From assembly GCA_030596125.1 (NCBI GenBank), contig JAUVKT010000005.1, positions 1 through 57,773 on the forward strand: a DNA stretch of 57,773 nt. Direction: 5' to 3'. Source of the DNA: Bacteroidales bacterium (GTDB lineage Bacteria > Bacteroidota > Bacteroidia > Bacteroidales > VadinHA17). The position numbers and the translations under genes were made by a program. The notes below the pieces were generated by a model, which did no database searches, was not told the DNA's origin, and saw only the letters and a program-made list of their open reading frames with translations. Each line of letters starts with the position of its first letter. Within the stretch, counting starts at the first letter, position 1. Of this stretch, positions 8,904-16,595 are shown one piece after another.

Positions 8904-9656
8904 TTAATTCCCTTTATTTACATTATGCCTTCCGTTATCTAAAAAACTGATATCCGGCAAAGTTTTTGTCTCAGTAAAATAATCATATCCTGATTTTAAA
9001 TCAGTCCATAATCCAAGCTTGTCAGTATCTGTTTTGTATTTTGTCTTCAGGTTGTTGTATTTTCTGTCAGTCAATTTTGCAGGAAAAATAGTAATAGGAA
9101 TAGATGTTTGCCCACTGTCTTTTGCCTCTACACAGAATATGTAAAGCTCTTTTATTTTATCATCAGTTATTGGTAAACAACCAATTGTAACACATGCTCC
9201 ATGAATAAAAATATATCCGCCTAAATTTCCCTTTTCTCCTAAAATCTTGTCGGATATATTCGGGTAATTTATTCCAAGGGACAAGTAAAAGTTACTATGT
9301 GGGTTAAATCTGTCAACGTGGTAAAATCCTTCCGGTATTTGAAAATCACCTTGTTCCCTTTTTGGTCCGATCTCTCCCGAAGTCTGACAAATTTCATACT
9401 CTTTGATTAGTTTGTATGAAATATCAGACTTATTCTTTGCCCATAATTCTATTTTCTTTTCAACTTTAAAAACTCTTAAATATATCCTTAAATTCTTTAA
9501 ATCAATTGAGTCTTTAATCAACAGATCTTTTACAATCGACTCTTTATCAGCATATGCTTGTCTCACCCGGGGATATTTTTTCTGATCATCCCTGAACGAC
9601 CCAATTGAGAATGAAGTCAAAGTCAATATCAGTATCAATGCACCAAAAGCTTTCAT
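8904..9656 (-). CDS. L,D-transpeptidase family protein (YkuD domain, YafK/DpaA-like)
   Basis: Signal peptide; R.FK.E..IELW, GPK..QGD.Q.PEGFY, SLGINYPN and IFIHGACVTIGC (catalytic His/Cys) motifs. Confidence 0.85.
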   Translation of the reverse strand: MKAFGALILILTLTSFSIGSFRDDQKKYPRVRQAYADKESIVKDLLIKDSIDLKNLRIYLRVFKVEKKIELWAKNKSDISYKLIKEYEICQTSGEIGPKREQGDFQIPEGFYHVDRFNPHSNFYLSLGINYPNISDKILGEKGNLGGYIFIHGACVTIGCLPITDDKIKELYIFCVEAKDSGQTSIPITIFPAKLTDRKYNNLKTKYKTDTDKLGLWTDLKSGYDYFTETKTLPDISFLDNGRHNVNKGN

Positions 9657-9669
9657 AACGATGTTGGTA

Positions 9670-9984
9670 TTATTTCAGCTTAACTGCTGTTCCGTAAACA
9701 AGAATTTCAGAAGCTCCCTGCATGATCATAGATGTATGCATTCTTATATTAATTACTGCATCAGCACCTACTCTTTCTCCATCGCGAATCAAACGCTGAA
9801 GTGCCTGTTCTCTTGCCTGGGCCTGCAATTCGGTATATTCATGAATTTCTCCCCCAACAATGTTTTTCAGTCCGGCAAAGATGTCTCTTCCCAGATGCCT
9901 GGCTCTTACGGTACTGCCTCTTGATACTCCCAGTATTTCGGAAATCTCCCTGCCCGGGATTGTCTCTGTTGTTGTTATTATCAT
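9670..9984 (-). CDS. YbjQ/UPF0145 family protein
   Basis: ITTTETIPG, G.TVRARH.GRD..AGLKNIVGGE..EY, GADAVI and YGTAV motifs. Confidence 0.9.
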   Translation of the reverse strand: MIITTTETIPGREISEILGVSRGSTVRARHLGRDIFAGLKNIVGGEIHEYTELQAQAREQALQRLIRDGERVGADAVINIRMHTSMIMQGASEILVYGTAVKLK

Positions 9985-10029
9985 GATTTTAAGATTAAGT
10001 TTGGATCATAAATTTAGTAAATATACAGG

Positions 10030-10246
10030 CAGATGTCAAATGTCAAATGTCAGATGTCAGATGTCAAATGTCAAATGTTAGATGTCAAATGTCAAATGTC
10101 AAATGTCAGATGTCAAATGTCAAATGTCAAATGTTAGATGTCAAATGTCAAATGTCAAATGTCAGATGTCAGATGTCAAATGTCAGATGTCAAATGTCAA
10201 ATGTCAAATGAAGATTGAGGATTGCCGACTGAAGACTGCCGACTGC
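10030..10246 (+). repeat. Heptamer tandem array: 25 x YARATGT, then 5 phase-locked TGNNGAY units
   Basis: CAAATGT/CAGATGT/TAGATGT units run uninterrupted over 10030-10204. They are followed by TGAAGAT, TGAGGAT, TGCCGAC, TGAAGAC and TGCCGAC from 10209 in the same 7-nt register. Confidence 0.95.
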
Positions 10247-10249
10247 TTT

Positions 10250-10291
10250 GCCCTTCCGAAGCTTGAAACGAAGTGGAGAGCGAAGGAGGGC
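10250..10291 (+). repeat. Dispersed 42-bp REP-like core, copy 1
   Basis: GCCCTTCCGAAGCTTGAAACGAAGTGGAGAGCGAAGGAGGGC, flanked by GACTGC on both sides. Confidence 0.95.
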
Positions 10292-10300
10292 CGACTGCTA

Positions 10301-10828
10301 TTAGTGCGGACTATCTGAAATAAGCTGAAAAAGCAATTCGTCCTTAAACGAGTTATCAGATCGTATCCACTCTTTTTTTACACCAGTCTGTTTAAACCCC
10401 AGCCTGGTAAACAATTTGATACTGTCACTATTATCACTTAAAATGTTACAGTATATCTGGTGTAACTTAAGTCTGTTGAAGCAATAATCAATCATAAACT
10501 CAACAGCCATAGAAGCGTAACCCTTCTTTCTTGAACCGGGTTCTGCAATTAAAATACCTATACCTGCGCGCAGGTTTAAAGGGTCGAAATCGAACAGATC
10601 TACAGTGCCTATTGTAATGCCGGATGAAATTCCCCCAATCATTAATCTGAGTTGTCCCGATTCAAATATGCTCTGTTTTGAATTTTCAATATATTTTCTG
10701 AGAGCAAATTTTGAAAATGGGGTAAGAGTATTGCTTAGTTGCCAGATGGATGTATCATTTTCCCATTTGTATAATAGCTCAAGATCTTCAGGCTCAGGGG
10801 CACGTAATATCAGGTCTTTATAGCGCAT
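10301..10828 (-). CDS. GNAT family N-acetyltransferase (RimJ/SpeG-like)
   Basis: LRA.EPEDLE.LYKWEN, IGTVDLFDFDP...RAGIGILI, RKKGYA acetyl-CoA loop and N..SIKLF..LGF motifs. Confidence 0.9.
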   Translation of the reverse strand: MRYKDLILRAPEPEDLELLYKWENDTSIWQLSNTLTPFSKFALRKYIENSKQSIFESGQLRLMIGGISSGITIGTVDLFDFDPLNLRAGIGILIAEPGSRKKGYASMAVEFMIDYCFNRLKLHQIYCNILSDNSDSIKLFTRLGFKQTGVKKEWIRSDNSFKDELLFQLISDSPH

Positions 10829-10841
10829 CAGTTTACCAGTT

Positions 10842-13349
10842 TTATTCGATCAGGCTAAATTCCTTAATAAATGCTCGTTTATATCCCAGGGCGTGGATCT
10901 TTTTTAATGCTTCTTTGGCTCTGGTGTAATCGTAGAATTCTCCGGTAATATATCTGTAAAGTCCATCACTTCCTTTTATCATTCTAACATCATTCAATCC
11001 TGGAAATCCGCTGGTTACCACTTTCCTCAATGCATGGATCTGGATAGTATAAGACAGGGGTTTCATTTTGATATCAGGCCCACCTTCCTGGCCTGGAATT
11101 TCATATTCCGATATAACATACGAATCTGTTACTCCATATTTTTTAATATCGGCCATATAGTAAAGAGCATCATTTTTTGTAAAGAACTCACCCATCAGAT
11201 ATATATATCCTTTTTCCGACTTAAACTCTTTTATCAGAACAAACTCAGCCCTGCCATATCTTGTAAAATATCCTGGTATGAGTTGTCTTTCCGATTCATT
11301 AATAACAACAAAATAAGCAGGTTTGATGTGGTTCTTAAGATGTGGAGGAATAGATGTATGTGATTCAATTGTAATATTGATATCGTTACATATAATGCCC
11401 AGGCTAACCCTCCTGTTATATTTTCTTCCAACAGGGTTGTCGCTGCCATCACGATTTATATTCTCTGCAACAAAATCTGATTCACCATATCCATACGAAG
11501 TCATATTTTCCGGATTGACCCCTTTAGATAGAAGATAATCATAAACAACTCTGGCGCGTCTCTCCGAAAGAATCAGATTATACTTTTCGGTACCCTTGCT
11601 ATCGGTATAGCCATTTATTTTAATATTGAATTCGTTGTTATCGAGAAGCACCAGGATAATTTTCTCAAGTTCAGAAATAGCTTTTTCAGTTAAATGAAAA
11701 CTGTTGTAATTGAATAATACTGATTTTATCCTGAGAAATTCACCACTAAAAACCAAGTCTGGGATAAGAATTGAACTAAGGTTTATTTTTTCTCCTACAA
11801 ATGAGTCAGAGATATTAACAGGAAGAATATCAGTAACGTAACCGGGATATTTAACTTCAATTCTGTAGTCTCCGGCACTCAAATCTGTTTTATATGACCC
11901 ATTTGAAAATGGTTTCAGCAGAGACAATACAGAGTCTTCAGCAATTTTTAACAGCGAAATATTTAATAATGAAGGGTCGGTTTCCAGGCCGTCATCCAGA
12001 AATATTATTCCCTCAACGGAAATTGTTGATTGATGAGGGATTTCATCCAGAGATGCTACCACAACAGTTCTGCCTTCAGAAGATTCGGTGACAGGTATAT
12101 TTAAAAGCCCTGTACTCTGATCAACAGGGATATAATGAAGATCGTCAGAGGTTGTGTTAACAGGGTAGGGCAGATGAACGGGTTTTGACCACGCCCTGGC
12201 AAAAGATGAATAAAACACATCATAACCTCCATACCCTTTATGTCCGGTAGAACTATAATATATTCTTTTTGATTTATTATCATAAAATGGGGTATTCTCA
12301 TCAAAACGGGAATTGATTGCCGGGCCTGCATTTTTTGCTTCGCTGAAGGCGCCGTTACTTCTCCTTTCGGAAATATAGATATCCAGTCCGCCATACCCTT
12401 TGGGCCGGTTGCTGGGAAAGCAAAGAACAGATCCGTCATCTGAAATAGACGCATGGGACTCCCAGTATTTTGAGTTAATCTCTTTTCCAAATTTATTGAT
12501 CTTACTCCAATGGTTGTTTGTGTATGCCGACAAATATATGTCACCTCTTATACCATCATCTCTTGAGATAATAAGAGTGTTACCATCACCGGTAATAGAA
12601 TTTGAGTACATATCCCTTTGTTTACCGAGATCATCTGTAATATCAACGGGTCTTATCCATTCTCCTTTACGAAATTGTGACTGAAAGATCTTGTTACCTT
12701 CATTATGTTCAACTGTGAATATGAATACTGAATCGTTGGATGAGATTACAGGGTTAACAATATCAACGTAATCACTAAGCCATGGAATAAAGTGTTCAGG
12801 TTCTATGGCTCCTGCCGCGGAGACAATCTCACGTGCTCTCTCACAACTGCTGATTTGCAGGTTAATATATTCAATAAGGGAAGGATCGGCAGACCCGATC
12901 AGGGATTTATATAATCTGTAATTAGTTATAGCATCATCAAGTTTCATGTTTACCTGGCAGGCATAAGCCAGGTAGTAAATTGCATCAGTCGGGCTTGCAT
13001 TACTTTCCCGGTGGTATTCAATATCATCAACGTAATTGTCTGATGCATATTTCAATAGTGACAGCGCATTCCGTTTTCTGCCGTACATATTCAAATAGCA
13101 TACCCCTAATTTATAATTTAGATTATGATTCTCAGGAGTTATTTTATAAAGCTTTTCATAAATGACTGCGGCTTTTTTATATGCTTCATCATACATATAA
13201 TAACCGTCAGCATCCGAAAGCAGATGTTTGAACTCCCTGTCATCAATTTTCTCCTCCTGTCCCATGACAGGTCGAAATATAGACGGAAGAAGAAACAGGA
13301 TAATTATTATGCGTAAAAGAGTACTTTTGATATAGATTTTACAAATCAT
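10842..13349 (-). CDS. TPR + PD40 propeller + carboxypeptidase-regulatory-like + OmpA + two SPOR-like domains (PorE-like architecture, no lipobox)
   Basis: Signal peptide ending GQ; INSKYWESHASIS and SNRPKGYGGLDIY PD40 repeats; OmpA motifs VLFNYNS, GYTDSKG..YN..LS.RRA and NRRV; C-terminal YTIQIHAL...YRYITG.F.....A......GY..AFI. Confidence 0.85.
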   Translation of the reverse strand: MICKIYIKSTLLRIIIILFLLPSIFRPVMGQEEKIDDREFKHLLSDADGYYMYDEAYKKAAVIYEKLYKITPENHNLNYKLGVCYLNMYGRKRNALSLLKYASDNYVDDIEYHRESNASPTDAIYYLAYACQVNMKLDDAITNYRLYKSLIGSADPSLIEYINLQISSCERAREIVSAAGAIEPEHFIPWLSDYVDIVNPVISSNDSVFIFTVEHNEGNKIFQSQFRKGEWIRPVDITDDLGKQRDMYSNSITGDGNTLIISRDDGIRGDIYLSAYTNNHWSKINKFGKEINSKYWESHASISDDGSVLCFPSNRPKGYGGLDIYISERRSNGAFSEAKNAGPAINSRFDENTPFYDNKSKRIYYSSTGHKGYGGYDVFYSSFARAWSKPVHLPYPVNTTSDDLHYIPVDQSTGLLNIPVTESSEGRTVVVASLDEIPHQSTISVEGIIFLDDGLETDPSLLNISLLKIAEDSVLSLLKPFSNGSYKTDLSAGDYRIEVKYPGYVTDILPVNISDSFVGEKINLSSILIPDLVFSGEFLRIKSVLFNYNSFHLTEKAISELEKIILVLLDNNEFNIKINGYTDSKGTEKYNLILSERRARVVYDYLLSKGVNPENMTSYGYGESDFVAENINRDGSDNPVGRKYNRRVSLGIICNDINITIESHTSIPPHLKNHIKPAYFVVINESERQLIPGYFTRYGRAEFVLIKEFKSEKGYIYLMGEFFTKNDALYYMADIKKYGVTDSYVISEYEIPGQEGGPDIKMKPLSYTIQIHALRKVVTSGFPGLNDVRMIKGSDGLYRYITGEFYDYTRAKEALKKIHALGYKRAFIKEFSLIE

Positions 13350-15274
13350 TCCTTTCTTCCCCTGAAGACCATTTTAATAAATATCTCTTCCGGATAGCCA
13401 ATGCTTATCAGTTTATCTTTTCTCCTGTAGGCTTCATCTTTAGTTTCAAACTTTCCGGTTGTATATCTGTAGAACCTGTCATCGTCATTATAAACAACTG
13501 TAACTTTAGTATTTTTGAAGAAGGTTACGTCGACAGGGTTATGCAGTGCCATCAGTTGAACAGTATAATAGAGAATATCAATATTTGCAGAGTCTGAGTC
13601 ACTTATGTTTCCAACTATAACATCTGTAACCAGAATTGAAGAGTCAATTGCTTCTATAACCTGAACCTGTGAGAAGTCAAGTTTCTCAACAATTTCAGGT
13701 ACAGGAAAATAATTTTCGTCCGGCTCAAGTATTACATTAATAATTTCTGCATCTGTGGGATGGTCTTCGTACAGTGCTACCTCTTTTGTTGAAGGGAGAT
13801 AACCTAAACCTGTGTAGGTAATAGTGTATTCATCACCTTTGATCAGAAAACTATAGAATCCTGTTGACTGGTTCGGGTAGCTGATATCCAGTGTGTCTTC
13901 ACGGGTTTTGCTATACAATATAACCTTAAAATCATCATTAAACCCGATTACAGTATCGCTGAGGGACATAATTCCCTTTATTTCAAACATTCGTTCTACG
14001 GCTTCCTTGTCACCGGGAGTAATATAATGGATATGCCTCTCTTTATAACCTGTCACAAGGGAATAATATGCATTCCTGCCATTATTAAAAGGCTGGTAGA
14101 AGAGATCATTGTCGGCAGTATTAAGCGGGTACCCAATGTTCCCCGGGCTCTTCCATATTCCACCTAATAGTTTTGATTCAAAAATATCGTATCCACCAAT
14201 ACTGGAGTGGCCTTCGGAGCTGAAATAGAGAATTGAGTCATTGGTTGTAATAAATGGAGTATCTTCATTGTATGGAGTATTAATAGCTGATCCGAGGTTT
14301 TCGGGTATACCCCATTCCCCATCTTCATCTTTTGCCGAGACATAGATATCGAGAGCTCCTTCTCCTCCATCACGATTACTTGTAAAATATAGTTTTGTAC
14401 CATCCCCGGAGACCGATGCATGAGATTCGTAGAACTTTGTGTTGATATTACGTCCCAGTTTCTTGATCTTCGACCATGATCCGTTTTCGTATATGGAGGT
14501 ATAAATATTACCAATGTAATTATCGTTTTTGTACAGGAACAGTTCTGTGCCATCAAAGTTAAGTGAGCTGCTTGTACAATCCCTGGCATCTCCAAGCTGG
14601 GCTGTAATATCAATTGGTTCATTCCAGCTTCCTCTCTCTCTCCTTACATAGAATATTGTGTTTTCCAGCCCACGTTGCTCAGTAAAAATAAGTGTATTTC
14701 CATCTCCGCTAACAACCGGGTGAGAATTTATTGACCCCAGGTTAATAAGCGGGCCGAGATTTTCTTTTTTAAACTCAATTGGGTTTTCCACCGCTTTTAT
14801 TGCATTTCTGCATGCATTAATCTGCTGGTTAATGTAGTCTGAATTTTCAAGTTTCCCTTTCTCAGACATAAGTTCATTTAATCTGGCGTAGGATCTAAGT
14901 GCTTTGTCAAATTCATTATTTATCTGGTAGGCAGTTGCCAGAGAGAAGAACACATCAAGTGGTGCTCTTTTTTCCTTGAATGATTCTTCTTTTGCTTCGT
15001 AACTTGAATTTTTTACGGCCTCTTCAAGAAAAGGAATAGCTTTTGTTTTTTCATCATCTATATTGAGATAACAGTTTCCGATCTTATATTTAATATTGGC
15101 ATTGTCAGGGATGAAGTCATTTAACATGAGGTAGAGAGGATTGGCAAGTTCATATTCCTCGAAGAGGTAATGAGATTCAGCTTTGGTAAATATTTCCCTA
15201 AGTTCATCACTTGTCTGACCAGATATCTGAGCAGAGATTATTACTGTTATGAATATGAACAAATATTTTAGCAT
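13346..15274 (-). CDS. TPR + PD40 propeller + CRD-like + C-terminal SPOR-like domain protein
   Basis: The real start is ATG 15274 (MLKYLFIFITVIISAQISGQ signal peptide). INTKFYESHA and SNRDGGEGALDIY repeats; C-terminal YTVQLMAL...YRYTTGKF.TK.EA......GY..IF. Confidence 0.8.
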   Translation of the reverse strand: MLKYLFIFITVIISAQISGQTSDELREIFTKAESHYLFEEYELANPLYLMLNDFIPDNANIKYKIGNCYLNIDDEKTKAIPFLEEAVKNSSYEAKEESFKEKRAPLDVFFSLATAYQINNEFDKALRSYARLNELMSEKGKLENSDYINQQINACRNAIKAVENPIEFKKENLGPLINLGSINSHPVVSGDGNTLIFTEQRGLENTIFYVRRERGSWNEPIDITAQLGDARDCTSSSLNFDGTELFLYKNDNYIGNIYTSIYENGSWSKIKKLGRNINTKFYESHASVSGDGTKLYFTSNRDGGEGALDIYVSAKDEDGEWGIPENLGSAINTPYNEDTPFITTNDSILYFSSEGHSSIGGYDIFESKLLGGIWKSPGNIGYPLNTADNDLFYQPFNNGRNAYYSLVTGYKERHIHYITPGDKEAVERMFEIKGIMSLSDTVIGFNDDFKVILYSKTREDTLDISYPNQSTGFYSFLIKGDEYTITYTGLGYLPSTKEVALYEDHPTDAEIINVILEPDENYFPVPEIVEKLDFSQVQVIEAIDSSILVTDVIVGNISDSDSANIDILYYTVQLMALHNPVDVTFFKNTKVTVVYNDDDRFYRYTTGKFETKDEAYRRKDKLISIGYPEEIFIKMVFRGRKE

Positions 15275-15281
15275 AAAATCT

Positions 15282-16559
15282 TTACTTAAAGGTAATAAAA
15301 TATATATCCTCCCTTCCAAAACCGGAACCTTCCCTGTAAACCGGAATATAACCACTTCTGCCATCTTTTGATGGCATAAAATAGATGTTGTCGTCAGGCG
15401 TATTGACCGGGTACCCCAGGTTGGCCGGTTTAGACCATTGACCATTTTGCAGTTTCTCTGACTTAAAAAGATCAAACCCCCCCATATTGTGATGCCCCTG
15501 AGAAGCAAAAAACAGTCTGTTCCCGTTGTCAATAAGGAATGCTCTGTCTTCATTGAAAGGTGTATTTATCTCAGGGCCCATATTTACAGGGTCTCCCCAG
15601 GTACCGTCATTCTTTTTTACGGAGATATAAAGGTCGAGTCCCCCATAACCGCCTGGACGATTCGAAGCAAGGACCATAGTGCTCCCGTTATCTGTTACAA
15701 AAGCATGAGTTTCCCAGTGCTTTGTGTTTATTGTTTTTCCAAGTTTTTCAGCAACAGACCATTTAGCCCCATCAAATTTACTGATATAAATATCACTGTT
15801 ATTATTATCATCTTTCGCCAGGTAGAGGGAATTTCCATCATTAGCCAGGCAGGATATATAGAGGTCCCCATCACTCTGGATGTCAGGTGTAATATTTACG
15901 GGAGGGCTCCATCCGTTTTTTATTTTCTTTGTAAAGAATACTGCATCGTAAAATTTGAGTGACGACATATAGGCAAAACTCTGTTCGTCAGATGAGATCA
16001 CGGGGTTAAAGTTTGAACATGAGTCGTTAAAAGGTTCACCCATATTTTCTTCGGAGAACTCAATCGGGTTTTCGATCAATATTTTGGCATTGTTACAAAC
16101 GTCAATCTGGTGCTGAACAAACAAAATATTCTCAGTATCATCAGGAAGCAGGGTTTTACTGTATTTGATAAATGCTTCCCTTGCCTGATCGAACTTAAAA
16201 TGGATTCTGTAAGCATTAGCAAGATGGAACCATGCTTCATAAGGTGCAGTTTTCTGTTTCAGTGAACCCTCCATGAATATGGCAGCTGAATTCTTTGCTG
16301 CTGACTCAAGGTAGTTAACAGCCATATTTTTCTTTCCGATAATATTCAGGTAACAGAGACCTATTCTGTAGGCCAGGTTATAATTATCGGGGTATTCCTC
16401 AAATAGCTGAAGATAAGATGGCAGGGCATCTGAAAAATCTTCAAACATCAGGAAATATTCAGCATCAAGAAAAGCTTCCTGGTTTTTCCTGTAATTTTGT
16501 GCAGATAAGTTACCGGCAGTTAAGGCTGCCAATAGCAGAAATATCAGTGCTCGGGTCAT
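15282..16559 (-). CDS. TPR + PD40 propeller protein (no C-terminal anchor)
   Basis: Signal peptide ending SAQ; TPR YRIGLCYLN; INTKHWETHA, SNRPGGYGGLDLY and GHHNMGGFD; ends right after the last GFGREDIY repeat. Confidence 0.85.
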   Translation of the reverse strand: MTRALIFLLLAALTAGNLSAQNYRKNQEAFLDAEYFLMFEDFSDALPSYLQLFEEYPDNYNLAYRIGLCYLNIIGKKNMAVNYLESAAKNSAAIFMEGSLKQKTAPYEAWFHLANAYRIHFKFDQAREAFIKYSKTLLPDDTENILFVQHQIDVCNNAKILIENPIEFSEENMGEPFNDSCSNFNPVISSDEQSFAYMSSLKFYDAVFFTKKIKNGWSPPVNITPDIQSDGDLYISCLANDGNSLYLAKDDNNNSDIYISKFDGAKWSVAEKLGKTINTKHWETHAFVTDNGSTMVLASNRPGGYGGLDLYISVKKNDGTWGDPVNMGPEINTPFNEDRAFLIDNGNRLFFASQGHHNMGGFDLFKSEKLQNGQWSKPANLGYPVNTPDDNIYFMPSKDGRSGYIPVYREGSGFGREDIYFITFK

Positions 16560-16595
16560 AATTCTTTATCTGTTTTTTAGTGTTTAAAAATTATT

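Noticed and set aside
10030-10210. Tandem repeats as a CRISPR array
   Set aside because: Contiguous 7-mers with no unique spacers, and no cas genes in the window.
9860-10318. ORFs 9860-10081 and 10082-10318 (MSNVKCQ repeats)
   Set aside because: Translations of the heptamer array and core; a 7-mer array automatically yields a 7-aa periodic peptide.
15275-15553. 93-aa N-terminal extension of ORF 13346-15553
   Set aside because: It overlaps the upstream PD40 gene out of frame; a clean signal peptide begins at ATG 15274.
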